Of a stretch of DNA of 64,000 nt, positions 11,928-24,960 are shown one piece after another (the first letter of the stretch is position 1; each line of letters opens with the position of its first letter). Both the position numbers and the translations under genes were made by a program. Source of the stretch: Octopus bimaculoides (lineage: Eukaryota); contig NC_068983.1 of the NCBI RefSeq assembly GCF_001194135.2, positions 61,008,610 to 61,072,609 on the forward strand. Direction: 5' to 3'. A model generated the notes under the pieces. The model was not told where the DNA came from, searched no databases, and saw only the letters and a list, made by a program, of their open reading frames with translations.

Positions 11928-14459
11928 ATACAGTTGTATATTTAAGAGATGAGGAATTATGTACATTATTTACATTCGACGGATATTTGTCCTCATCTTG
12001 TTTGTTGTTAACACAACGTTTCGGCTGATATACCCTCCAGCCTTCTTCAGATGTCTTGGGGAAATTTCGAACCTGGGTTCTCATTCCTAAGGTATTTTTC
12101 GATGTTATTATTATTATTATTGTTGTTGTTCAGGTCACTGCTTGGAATCGTAGCCCGCGCTCTTAACCACTGCGCCATATGCCCGTGGGCAATTATGAAG
12201 TGAATTTTAGGGTTTATAAATCTAATATTTTTCTATCCTTCCTTAATACCGGTTCCCATATGCTGCTCATATCTGCACTTGGTCTGCTTAGAAGGTTGTT
12301 GTATCCTAACATATGTGCTGATTCTTTTAGTTTTCGTATTTTCCAGTAGTGTTCTCTGTCTATTATTTTAACTTCATTCCACAGGGGGAGGTGGTCTCCA
12401 TTTTTCCATGCATGATCAGCTATACCAATATCTTCTCGTGTCTCAGCTTTGCGATGTTCCACTACCCTTATTTTGAGGGGGCAACATGTTTCGCCTTTGT
12501 ATAACCTACCACAGCTACATGGGATGGAGTACAAACAGTTCTAAGTCATATTCTCTTCTATTAGTGGTTTTACTCGAAGGAGATATTTGCGAAGTGTTGT
12601 ATTGTTCTTGAATACTGTCCTGATGTCATAAGGGCCGCATATATTTTGTATCTTTTCGGAGAGACCTTTCACAGAGAGTAGACAGACTGTGGACAGTTTA
12701 TTGGCCTCATCCTCTCTCTTCTTCATAATTGGAGTGGATAGTATACTTTTGGGGTAGTTGTTGCTGAACAGATCGTTATTGAGCTTGATCATTTCTTCGT
12801 AATGTGTATCACGATCGCTATTTATATTCTTGCACGATGTTTTAGGCACTGAGTAATCCCTTTACACTGTAATCTCTTTGCACTGTATGGATGGTGGAAA
12901 TTGGAGTTGAGGTATCGTCCAGTGAAGGTCGGTTTGCGGTATACGGATGTCCTGAATCCATACTTGGTGCGTGTTATTAATACGTCCAGGAATGCCAGCT
13001 GACTGTCTTTTTCCTTTTCCATTGTGAACTATATGGATGGCTTTATTGAGTTCACATGATCTAAAAGCACTTGGATATCTTTCTGGTGAGGCCAGAGTTT
13101 AAAGGTGTCATCAACATATCGCAGCCATAGTGTTGGTTTTAGTGGTGTTGATCCCAAAGCCAAATTCTCAAAGTATTCCATGTATATGTTGGCTATTACC
13201 GGTGATAATGGCGAACCCATAGCTAAACCTTCCTCTTGTCGATATATATCAGTGTCGATACTGAAGTAGGTAGTTTCTACACAGAAGATCAACATTTCCA
13301 TCAAGTTTCTTATTGGTATACCAGTGCGTTCCTTTACATGGGTGTCTGTCACTAGTTTTTCTTGTATCACCTATAGTGCTTCACCAGTTGGGACTTTGCT
13401 GAACAGGCTTATCACATCTAGACTCACCATCTGGTTGGATTCAATGGGGGTATCCTTGATAAGTTCTGTAAAGTGGATGGAATTCTTCATGTACGATATT
13501 GACTTTCATGCTAATGGACTGATTATATCCACAAGTAAGCGGCTCAGTGAATGGCATGCCGGACCTCTACAGCTCACTATAGGTCTTAATGGAATACCAT
13601 CCTTGTGAATCTTAGGGAGACCGTACACGTGTGGTAGTTTACTGTGGTGTTGAGTCAGTTGTCTGTACTCCATTGGTGTAAAGTGATCATTGTTCTTGAT
13701 CAAGATCTGTGACAGCTTCCTTTCTGTTTTCATAGTTGTGTCTTTCTTTACTTTGCTGTAGCTACCATCACTTATAAGACTTGCCAGTTTTTCAGAGTAG
13801 TCAGACTTGTTCATCGCCACTGTAGCGTTTCCCTTGTCTGCTGGAAGTATTATGATGGAATTGTCACTCTGTCGTCTTGATAGTGAACTTTTCTTCCTTA
13901 GTAATGTTTGGTTGAGGACGTTTTGCGTTTTCTAGTACCTGTCTCACTTTCCACCTTAGTTCATCTCCCTGAGCTTTTGGTATCTTTACGGCTATCTCTT
14001 CAATAGAGGCTATTATGTCCAAGTATGGAATACTTGATGGTTGTCGCAAAGTTGAGACCTTTGTTCAGTACTACTTCTTCAGAGCTTTCTAGATGTCGGC
14101 TACTTACATTAATTACTGCTTTCACAGGTGGGTGACGGATTTCAGTCTTCATTCTCTGACCTTTGAGCTTTATAAACTTCTTAATCTGGCGTGTCTTCAC
14201 CATTTCAAATTCTTTCATGTACGACTTTTCCAGATCTTGCTGGATTCTATTTCTATCATCATCTCTGGTTATTTTTCTAAGTAATGAAGATAGCCTTGTT
14301 ATTTAGTTGATGTTTTTTCCAACGGTTGTAATGGATCCTTTCACGGACAAGGGCATGTCCTGCCCTTTTCGCTACTCTTTTAGCTTTATGTGAATCGACT
14401 GGTATCATATTCAAGCCAGATAGTATTAGCTTTGAGTCTACATAAGAATGTAAATAATG
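11928..14459 (-). mobile_element. Penelope-like element (RT plus GIY-YIG endonuclease), decayed, with target-site duplication
   Basis: RT motifs LPKIHKDGIPLRPIVS, GLAMGSPLSPVIANIYME, WLRYVDDTF, LAFLDV; GIY-YIG YSIPCSCGRLYKGET..RVVEH. TAGAGTCGATTT is repeated at 11916-11927 and 14460-14471. Confidence 0.92.
12013..12055 (-). ncRNA. Minimal type I hammerhead ribozyme in the PLE 3' region
   Basis: Minus strand: GACAT-CTGAAGA-A-GGCTG[gagggtatat]CAGCC-GAAAC-GTT-GTGTT. Core boxes intact, 5-bp stem II, stem I GACAT/GTGTT with two wobbles. Confidence 0.75.
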
Positions 14460-14545
14460 TAGAGTCGATTTGTTTGACTAAACACTTCAAGGTAGTGGCC
14501 TAGCATGGCAACAGTCCAATGACTGAAATAGGAAAGAGTTAAAAG
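14460..14545 (+). mobile_element. 3' remainder of the SINE split by the PLE
   Basis: GAGTCGATTTGTTTGACTAAA..AGCATGGC..AATGACTGAAA continues the family sequence from 11927. Confidence 0.75.
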
Positions 14546-14800
14546 AAAAACAAAATAAAGATACTCTGCTAATAAGGTCAAATTGAAACTGATACCGTGT
14601 CCATAATTGCTCCCTCGCCTCCAATTGAAGATTGAGCGGTCCTTTTTCTCAATCAGGAATTTATTAACTTCTTGCAATTATCTCCTCTTTTCCTTTAGAG
14701 CTTCAAACTATTATGGCTTGATTTTTGTTTTCTGTTTCTGTCTCAGAAGAAAGTTTCAATAAATCACGATTTCATTATACACTGCTATCAGAATACCCCC

Positions 14801-14810
14801 TACACACACA

Positions 14811-14842
<32 letters not shown>

Positions 14843-14873
14843 TACACACACACACACACACACACGCACACAC
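14801..14873. repeat. (CA)n microsatellite
   Basis: Direct reading. Confidence 0.95.
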
Positions 14874-15099
14874 ACTGACAAACATTTCAAAAGCAAATAG
14901 ACACCCCTCATTACACTGTTGTATTTGAGCAGGCACTACCTGGTACTTCAAACTTGTTTATTGTATTATTAAGTTTCATTTCAGATAACAGTAAATTCAT
15001 TGTTTATCACAACTAATCATATCACGAACACCGGAAACAAAAAGGCGTATTGTAGGTCAATCTGAGAGTGGAATTATTCAGCGTAAACTTCCACAAAAC

Positions 15100-15395
15100 C
15101 TTGGGCTTCTTCTTGCCACAATCAGCAAAGTGACTGTACCATTCACCAGCAAAGGAAATAAATCAACTACAACCCGTTCAGGTTAACCTTCGGGATGTCA
15201 AGTGGTTTGATGAAAATAATCCCCGTTTTAATGTAGCTGGTGTTGCAGAACAACTCTAACTGATTCGGAGTACTTCTGTGAGCTATCTCCATCAACTTGA
15301 CTACAATGAAACAGCATCCAGAAAGAAACCACTTCTTCAACCGGCAAGTATCCCCAAAAGAAAGAGGAAAAAAATCTTTCAAATGATGGCATCTA
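15100..15395 (+). pseudogene. Tc1-like transposase N-terminal fragment
   Basis: ENNPRFNVAGVAEQL*..YLHQLDY..ASRKKPLL resembles the Tc1 DNA-binding region ending RKKPLL. Confidence 0.45.
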
Positions 15396-15431
<36 letters not shown>

Positions 15432-15434
<3 letters not shown>

Positions 15435-15895
15435 GGTTCTTTAGGTAAATTGTCGCCATTTTATATTTTTAATTTCGCACATGCACATTGTTTTGGATTT
15501 TGTCGACTACACGGTATAGCAGGGGCAGTGAGAAAAACAGCACCATGATGCAATTCACTCTGCCAGAAATTTGGAAACGACATGCTATACTGCTTGGCAT
15601 TCGCACTGGAAGCTCCAATACGAACATTTCAGAGTGTTTGGGTGTCAATCTGAGGATACGTGCCGAAAGTGATAAAAATCAAACATTCAGTCAACATCAT
15701 GGTGTTTAGAGTGATCACTAGTAGTGGCAACGTTATTCCTCCCTTCAACTTCCCACACGGCCTCAGACTCAACACGGATGCCTACATCAGGTGCCTGGAG
15801 GAGGTAGTGTTGCCTTGGGTCAAGCGGGTGATAACTGGAAAACTCTATGCCTGACAACAGGACTGAACCATGTCACACAAGCAGGAGAACATTTG
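15432..15895 (+). mobile_element. Internally deleted Tc1/mariner (maT/DD37D-like) transposon
   Basis: Starts TA-CAGGG; encodes VNIMVFRVITSSGNV..LRLNTDAYIRCLEEVVLPWVKRV..QQD. Confidence 0.7.
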
Positions 15896-16879
15896 ATCAC
15901 TTGTTTTCTTTATTCAAAATTCGGACAGAACTTATGGGATGACGTGATAGATTAATGTCTGGATTAGTGTCTGGCTTAAGGATACACACCTTATCGCACA
16001 CTGTGTCACGAACATGATTCTGTCTGAGAATCACAATAAAAGTAGATATGTTCGTAGAATATTCAGCCAACCATTGCATATTAATTCAATGAAAAGGGTA
16101 GTTCAGTTGATCGAATAACAATCGATTCGGATCCACCTGTGTCTGATCTAATAATCCATCCGGGTATGGATTTAACCTGCATCCAGTAGTGGAACCCTGG
16201 TTCGGGAGTTCCAGAGTTTTGAGGGATACAGAACCACCTCTTAGCCTCTATAGTTCCCAGGTCTACTCTGACCTGGAGTAAAGGCACGTTTCAGTGTTCG
16301 GCTATGGATTAATTAACATGTCACGGAATTATCTCCAGTAGAAAATCATTCACAGGCACACCAACAGACCTACGCCAGATGAGGCCCTTCAGCTCTTTAA
16401 TTACTCATCTAAGAGGAGATAACTCTGTACAAATCTTACATCCTTATAACGATTCGGCTCGTGGCACTTATAGCGGTTTAAAGAACGATACAGTGGGACC
16501 GCACAAACCCTGCCAATATAATAATAAACCCCTTCTGTCTTTAAGAGAGCTAAAGGAGTAAATCTCTACAAAAAATCCAGAGAGAAGGATCATAAGGCAG
16601 ATATGTACGGCTATACTTAACCAATATCATCCATCCTCTGCGATTCCATTGATGCTGCAAAGGTATTGACTTGTCTTTCCTTCGTGACGTATCCTTGGGT
16701 GAAGAGGTGGAGGTGATACGAGTAATTGGGGCTTGAAACTTGCTTCTGGAAGCAGGTCGCGCTCAGCAGAGGCGGTTAGGTTACTGCCTCTTCAATACAG
16801 TCGGCTGACAGCGAAAAAGGTCAACCAGTGTCTGACTTGTTGGCAACGTATGACTTAATGGTTAAGTTCGCTTGATGGT

Positions 16880-17220
16880 CAAGTTCGCTTCATAACCACG
16901 GGATCTCGGGTTCGATCCCGCTGCATGGCATTTTGGGTATGTATCATTTTCTATAACTTCGGATCGACCCAAACCTTATGAGTGAAACTGAGTTGACGGG
17001 TGTTAAATAAAAACCCGACGAGTGGATTGTAACTGTGATTCAAAAGGTACACACCTTATCGCACAGTGTGTCATGGAAATAATTCTGTCTGAGAATCACG
17101 ATAAAGGTAGACATGTTCGTGGAATATTCAGCCAGCCATTGCATATTAATTCAATGAAAAGGGTAGTTCAGTTGATCGAATAACAATTGATTCGGATCCA
17201 CCTGTGTCTGGTCTAATAAT
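16880..17220 (+). mobile_element. tRNA-derived SINE
   Basis: GGGTTCGATCCC B-box, then the CCTTATCGCACAGTGTGTCA..GAGAATCACG module. Confidence 0.6.
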
Positions 17221-18959
17221 TCAATTAGTACCTGGATTAATGTTCGAGTTAATGTTTAGATTGCCATCTAAAAGAGTGTCTCGAGTTTCCGTTAAGATTG
17301 GTATCTCAATTAAAGTCTGGCTTAGGGACCTAATAGACTAACCCAGTATTTTAGCACATTTTTAACACTTTCCATTTAATAATCCAAAACTCTAGCAAGA
17401 CTGGTGTTTACATTGTTATAATCACAGTCACTACGTCACCACACCACCACCCCCATTGCACAGCTACCACCACTACCACCATCAATTTTATCACAATTCA
17501 ACCCCGTACCACAGCAGCAGCATCGCCATCATTCCCACTACCACTGTCGTTGTCGTTATCGTCATCATCATCATCATCGCAATTATTGGAATCATTATGA
17601 CTCCATAGTTTTGGTAATTAATACCAAACTTCAAATGTTTTTCCTAGCAGAAATGGCTCGTTTATTATTCGTTAATTACTAAACATTACATTCCTGCTCG
17701 ACTACAGTAACAATTGTTAAAAATATAATGAGATGTGATGTACAGCTCATTATATTTTTAACAATTGTGGTATACAATATCATTTAATTGTCATATGAAA
17801 GAAAATTAGTTTCGCTTCATTTCCAGACAGAAAAAAACTTCTTTGTTTATATCAACACTTATGCTAACAAAAAAAAGTAACTCAATGGATAAGATACTGC
17901 AGGTCAGTGCTTTATCCATTGTTGTTTCTGGTTTCAAGGAGTGGAGCTGGCTGTGAAGTTTATGGACATAGCGCCTTCTTTCAGATCAAACTATTTTATT
18001 CTACATTCCAAAAGAATGAAATGTCAAAGAATCCAAATATTGTACGCAAACTACACAATTTTTCCTCTTACAGATGCAAGTCTTCGCCTTTTAAATACAG
18101 ATCATCTCTGCTGTCCATACCTCACTTTTTACTCAAACATCACTCTGAAAAATGTCTGTATTTCCCCTCCCCTAATACACACATCTCTCTCTCTCTCTCT
18201 CTCTCTCTCCAGTTCCTTCTCTCCCATGGATATAACTAGTAAAATCTTACTGTTATTTTGAACTGATGTCTCTCTCCCTATTTTTTCCTTTGAATACCGT
18301 TGCCTTTAGCACACTCCAAACTCTCCCACAGTAGCTCTTTTCTTAAATCCAGAACATCTACCCAATACTACCCTCTTTCTGAAGTCTATATTTTCGATGA
18401 CTTCAGGGTTCACTACTTATCTCAACTCTACGCTATTCGACATGGTGCTGGTGGTGCAAAAACGACATTTTTTACAATCCTCAACTCTCCACATCAATAA
18501 GTTTGATCTCCTATAACAGTCTCTGACCAACACACAGACATTCCAAACACTGCTTGATCTCTTTCTCACCTTCCAATACAGATTTCAGATACAAACCATT
18601 ACCGTTACTGCATCTATTAGTTTTACCTATCATTGCCTTATCACGACTATATACCATACAACCACATACTATGCAACGTCCCCACCTCCCGTAGCTGATA
18701 TTACTTCAAAATAGCTGATTTATCGGTTCTACTTTAACTATACCGAGCAGCGCTTGTACTTCAATCTAAACTGTCTCTAAAGCAAACTGCTCAGTTTAGA
18801 GACAGCTAAGCAGGTGACTGGAAACATCCTTTCAGTCATGTTCTTCCACTTCCCACACGCATTCAAAATACAAAACCCTAAATATACCAATTTATTGCTA
18901 GTTGTGCTGTAGCATAAACTAAGGATACGGCTTGAAGAAAAAAAACGGCGCTTACTGTC

Positions 18960-19340
18960 TTAAGCATGATTTGAAACAGAAAAAGAAGCTTCGTGCTTCA
19001 CATACCTTCCCACTGTACAAACTGTGGTCGTTTCTTCTGGTCGCTTACAAAAAAGATCTCTGCTGACTTTGTGCTTAGTACTTGCGACTTCTCAACCATG
19101 ATGGTTTCGTAAGAACTATTCCCGTCGAGAACGCTTAAAATTTGCTGTCGGCTCTGCATCCACATCACATACTCCAAAACAAACCTTATCCATTCTACCG
19201 GACTTACTCCCAGGTACTCATACATGCTGATTGAAAAAGGTGCTTCTGGTCTCTTAAACCATTAAAACCTCTAACTTTAAAGTCTCTTCTATGACCTTCA
19301 AACAATAACCCCTATCATCGCTAAAATCCTTACTTACGCC
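18960..19340 (-). pseudogene. Possible LINE RT fragment
   Basis: DFSDD, LEVLMV and YEYLGV in the expected order; weak. Confidence 0.3.
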
Positions 19341-19388
19341 CTCACACACAGATACTCTCTCACCCTCTCCTTCTCTTTCTCTCTCTCT

Positions 19389-19430
<42 letters not shown>

Positions 19431-19477
19431 ACAAGGCGTCACCAATAACAAATAGCATGAAATACGAAAGCAAATAA

Positions 19478-19691
19478 GTTAATTACGTAGTTCTCAGAGA
19501 GATTCAGCATGACACAGAATGTGACAAGGCTGGCTCTTTGGCATACAGGGACAACTCATTTTTGGTAGCTAAATGGACTAGAGCAACATGAAATAAAGCA
19601 TCTTGCTCGAGGACACAACGCATCGCTGGGAATTGAACTCACGACTTTACGTGAGACGAATACCCTAACCACTAAGCTATGAGCCTTCACT
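19478..19691 (-). mobile_element. tRNA-derived SINE
   Basis: Minus strand head TAGCTTAGTGGTTAGGGTATTCG..GAGTTCAATTCC followed by the CCAGCCTTGTCACA module. Confidence 0.75.
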
Positions 19692-19707
19692 GTTCCTAAA
19701 TATATAC

Positions 19708-19738
<31 letters not shown>

Positions 19739-20239
19739 CATATATANNNNNNNNNNNNNNNNNNNNNNNNNNNNNNNNNNNNNNNNNNNNNNNNNNNNNN
19801 NNNNNNNNNNNNNNNNNNNNNNNNNNNNNNNNNNNNNNNNNNNNNNCCACTTGGCTGAAACACATAAATAAATAAATAAATAAATAATATATATATGCAT
19901 ATATATATATATATACATACACACCCCACTCCTACACATTCCAACCCCACCATCCCTATACATCCCATCCCACCCTCGCTTTCCCCACTCTCGACTCCCC
20001 CACACCCCAACACCATCACGCCATCACACCACTCCACACCACATCACACCACCCGCACACACATACACGCTCTCACATACACACGCACGCACACCTTCGT
20101 TTTGGAATCACCACTGCTTTATTATCTCCCCTTCTTCCTAACTCTCCTGTATGAGTCCCTCTGTCCGGCATTCGCCATGATCGATCGCTAGCCACAAAGC
20201 CTTTTATTTTATTTTCTCCCCCTGTTTATTTCTGTGTTC

Positions 20240-20275
20240 CTTTCTGTCGAAGAGGGTAGGCTCGAAACGTAAAAG
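20240..20275 (+). ncRNA. Degenerate hammerhead-like motif
   Basis: CTTT-CTGTCGA-A-GAGG[gtag]GCTC-GAAAC-GTA-AAAG: core A6 replaced by T, one stem II mismatch. Confidence 0.4.
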
Positions 20276-20350
20276 ACTTTCTCACTTCCCGAGCGTTAAA
20301 CTAATACATCTGTTTGTTGTTTACNNNNNNNNNNNNNNNNNNNNNNNNNN

Positions 20351-20385
<35 letters not shown>

Positions 20386-20621
20386 TATATGGGTACAGGA
20401 CGTCACCAACAGCAAACAACATGAAATGCGAAAACAAATAAGTTTAATACGCAAACGAGAGGAAAAAAATGGAAAACTGGAGAAGTAATACAAAGGGCGA
20501 CTCTTCATCAGTTGTCGGCTGTCTATCTACTCCTCATTTCGAGCATTGAACGACAATATGAGTCTTCGAAGACAATTGCTCCCATAAATACCTGCTAGCT
20601 GCAAGAGACTGATATCAAATC

Positions 20622-21695
20622 TTGACTGAGAGGGTTACTGCTGGAAGACCATATGTGTGGCAGCAAAGATATAAATAATTGACATTTCAAGTAGAATAAA
20701 TAATAACGAGACTATTTCTGATATTCACAACAGTCTACTCCTGTGACTTTAATGAATTTATAGTGTTATCACTACACAGCAGCGAACCATTTTATGCCTT
20801 CTTAATTGTCTGTAGGTTGAACTATTGAGATGTGAAGTAGCCACGGACAAAATGCAACACCGGTGAACAACTGAAACTGGTTGTCCAGTAACATATCAAC
20901 ATCATCGACATGCATGCGTCAAAAGAAACAGAATAATATCACATTAGAAGTCAGTCACTACTTCATATTGGTTTCAAATTTTGGCACAAGGTCAGCAAAT
21001 TCGGGCGGCGGGTAAGTCGATTACATCAACTCAAGTATTTGGTTGGTACTTATTTTATCGGCCCCGAAAGAATAAAAGACAAAGTCGACCTCGGCGGAAT
21101 TTTATTTCCCAACATTACCTCGAGTCCGCTAAAGCCTTGTGGATGGAATTTGGTAATATGAAATTCTGTGAAAAACTCACCGGAGAGATCGTTCTTCTTG
21201 GTGGTAGACTAAATCAAATATCAGATTTAACATCACTGCCTGAATGTCTTTAGCTAGAGTTCACTCTGTTGCAAACGTTCGAGTTAGGTATCACGTCTAA
21301 GAATAATTTCCTTCATTCTTCCCACTAATCTCGAACCAGATGTGTCTTTGGCTACCCGAACAAAGTTAAATGAACTTGGCTGGGATCTCTTAATCCATTC
21401 ACCATATTCTTCTGATACTGCACCATCCGACTGCCACTTGTTTTTGTCTCTACAGAACTCATTGCAAGGGAAAACATTTAACGACTTAGATGTAGTCAAA
21501 ATGCATCTAGATAACTTTTTTCTTCAAAACCAGTCAAATTTTGTGCTGATGGAATATTTAAATTGCCTGATAGATGGGCAAAAGTCATTAATAATAATGG
21601 AAATAATTTCATTGAATAAAATTTATTGAAAGGTCAATTATTTATATCTTTGCTGCCAGACATATGGCCTTCCAGCAGTAGCTCTCTCCAGTCAA
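20622..21695 (+). mobile_element. Mariner relic bounded by about 70-bp inverted repeats
   Basis: Inverted arms 20622-20690 and 21626-21695; 21342-21629 encodes LGWDLLIHSPYSSDTAPSDCHLFLSLQNSLQGKTF (YSPDLAPSD motif). Confidence 0.7.
20975..21105 (-). mobile_element. Short-family SINE fragment inside the mariner relic
   Basis: GGTACTTATTTTATCGGCCCCGAAAG..AAAGTCGACCTCGGCGGAATTT. Confidence 0.8.
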
Positions 21696-21879
21696 TAAAA
21701 TTAAAAAAAGATTGCTTTCAGATACATGCGTATCGACCTGAAACGGATAAGAAAAAGGAACGTCAATACCAAATTCATGCTATGGGTGCTTAGGTTTACA
21801 TTTTAGAAGTAATTGTCCTTTTCAAAATCGTAAATATTTCGGATGTGAAAAAATCGGACATAAAATAGAGGAACAAAAA

Positions 21880-24800
21880 AAAGGGTCAAACAAAAAAAAA
21901 ACTCTACAAGGAATATATGGTTAACAATAGTTCTAAGTGAGGCTCAGAAAAGAAAATTTGTGTCCATAAAAATGAATAATGTGAATATCAGGTTACAATT
22001 GGGTATGGGCAGTGATATCACGATAATTAATAAGATACATGCAGAAAAATAGGGAAACTTAGATTAAAGAAAACTTCGAAAATTGCGCGAGGTTTTTCGG
22101 GAAAAAAATTGCATTTTATGGGCGAAATGATAAGTGATGTTTTTGTATTGAAAAATACGACAAATTTATTTGGAACGGACTGGACGGAACTATTTAACTT
22201 ATGGGATCTCCCCATAAATATTTTTTGTAAAAATGTGAATAGTTCTTCTGCCAGTACAAATAAGGAGTCGGAAGATTTAAAACAAAAGTTTTGGGGGGTT
22301 TTTTTTAATTTTTCCTGAATTTTTTTTTCTGAGGAATTGGGTCTTTGCATCAAAACAGAAGCGAAGTTTCAAGTGAAAGAAAATGCTATAGCGGTTTTTA
22401 AACAAAAACGAACGTTACCTTTCGTAGCATTGAAACAGGTCAACGAAGAACTGGATAGACTTGGAAAGCTTGGCATTATTGAAAAAATTGATAACACGAA
22501 TTGGGCATCCCCAACAGCTTATGTCAAGAACAAAAAATAATAAAATCCGAGTATGTGCTGATTTTTCAACGGGATTAAACGAATGTTTGATGCCATATAA
22601 TTACCTGTTGCCAAGTCCGGAGGAAATTTTCGCGAAGTTAAATGGAGGAAGATCTTTTTCAAAGTTGGACTTATCTGAAGCATATTTGTAGGTAAAAATC
22701 GATGAAGAATGTTCAAAATGAGTAATAATAAATACCCATAAAGGGTTGTATAAATTTAATAGACTCTCCTTTGATACAAAGGTAGCACCTGGCATTTTCC
22801 AACAGGTTATGGACATTATGCTCGCAGGTTCGGATTTTGATGTAGCTTACCTTGACGACAAACTCATAAAAAGTGAATCTCGGGGGCAGCATGCTGAGCA
22901 TGTTAAAAAGGTCTTCGAAAAATTAAAAGATTATGGGTTTAAGCTCAGAGAGGAAAGGTGTGCATTTTTTATGCCAAGAATAAAATATCTAGGGCAGATT
23001 ATTGATGAAAATGGATGCAGACCAGACCCGTCAAGGGCGAGTGCACTAAAAAATATGCCTTCCCCGACAAACATTAAAACGTTACAAGCATTTTTATGGC
23101 TCGCAAATTACTACCAGCTATACATACCGAATATGCACGATTTAAGAGTACCCTTGAATAACTTGTTAAAAAAGATATTAAGTTGAACTGGTCGGACAAA
23201 TGCCAAAAAGCTTTTGAAGAAATTAATGACGTCTTAATGTCGGAATTGTCGTTATCACATTTTGACCCGAATTTAGAAATGGTAGTGGCAGCAGATACAA
23301 GTGAAAATGGTATTGGAGCCGTGGTTTTACCCAAATATGAAGATGGTAGCCTGAAAGTAGTAGCTCATACTTCGCGTTCTCGGCTGAGAAAATTTACAGT
23401 CAAACAAAAAAAGAGGCATTAGCCATCATATTTGCAGTAAAAAATTTTTATAAATTTAGACCTGGAAGATGGTTCCGTCTGCAGACAGACCACTGCCCAT
23501 TATTATTGATCTATGGATCAAAAAAGGGTATCCCCACACATACAGCCAACAGATTGCAGCGCAGGGGAACGATCCTACTGAATTACGACTTCAAAATAAA
23601 GTATTTGCTATGGAAAAAATTGGGACAGGCAGATGGTTTGTCAAAGTTAATGCCAAAATACAGCGAACCACTAGAAGACACAGTGATAGCGGCACTAAAA
23701 TCCGGAAATGAAATAAAAAATAAATTGTGCAATGTTGTGCGTGAATTGCCTGTGACATTGGAAGAAATAAAAATTAAGGCAGAGACGGACGAGTTTATCA
23801 TAAAAATGAAAAAATAGTGAGATCATAAAAAACAAATAAAAAAACACGTGTGGCTGGACGTAACACAATTTCGAACTTGTATTCGATATGTGATAATGTG
23901 CTTATGTATGCACAGGGGTCGTAATGCCTACCTCACTAGAAGGTCGAATGTTAAAGGAATTTCACACTAGACATCTAAGAATTTCTAGGATGAAATCGTT
24001 TATGAGGAGTTATCTTTACTGGCCAAAAATGGATGTAGATATTGAGAAGTTGGTAAAATCCTGCAGAGGTTGCACTCTGACAGCGAAATCACCACCTATA
24101 AAATTTCAACCTTGGCCCATGACCGATATTCCATGGTTCGGACTACACATAGACTTCGCAGAGCCGTTAAACTGATCATGCTATCTAATAGTGGTAGATA
24201 GCTTTACAAAATGGTCAGAAATGTAAATGTACAAAACCGACATCCACGGTAACCGTGGAATTTCTACACGAACTTTTTGCCAGGTATGGTGTCCTGGATA
24301 CCATAATCTCCAATAATGGTACGTAATTCACGGCGAATGAATTTAAGAATTTTTGCAAAATTTGCTCAATTGAACATACCACTACTCCCTCGTATCACCC
24401 AAGATCAAACGGGCAAGCGGAAAGGTTCGTGGATACATTTAAAAGAGCATTAAAGAAATCAAGAAACGAGCTAATCGATGACGTAGCAGAGACACAATTT
24501 TTGAGGGTTTATAGGATAACACCAAACCCAAACACTTTTTCGGGCAAGTCGCCAACAGAACTAATGTTTGCTCGAAAAATAAAGTCAATCTTCGACAAGC
24601 TGTTACCAGTAAGAAAAACAAATAAGAAAAACACTAAATGTACGACAAAGCAATTTGATATCGGTGACAAGGTGGTTTTCAAAATACATAAAAATGGAAA
24701 ACACGGTTGGGAAGACGGAATAGTAACAAAAAGAATAGGCAGAATGACATATATGATAAGAAGCGAAAATGGGAACACAAAAGACTAGCTAAAACATAGA

Positions 24801-24960
24801 TATCCGGAAAAGGGAAAAGAGATACCCATGGAAGTGTTCTATGACAACGCCACAAGAAGTGTTCTATAACAACGCCACAAGAAATCGAACCTAGGCGTAG
24901 CAGCACAAGAAATAGGAAACAAATAGAATGGTTGGAAGTAGTGCCTAAACGGAAGAAATA
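21880..24960 (+). mobile_element. Decayed Ty3/Gypsy pol (protease, RT, RNase H, integrase)
   Basis: LQLGMGSDITII (protease remnant), IRVCADFSTGLN, FSKLDLSEAY, AYLDD, KYLGQII, ADTSENGIGAVV, LHIDFAEP, YHPRSNGQAERFVDTFKRAL; many stops. Confidence 0.93.

Noticed and set aside
20485-20580. Minus-strand CTGATGA and TCGAAGA..GCTCGAAAT pieces as tandem hammerheads
   Set aside because: Neither has a complete core plus stems; at most decayed remnants.
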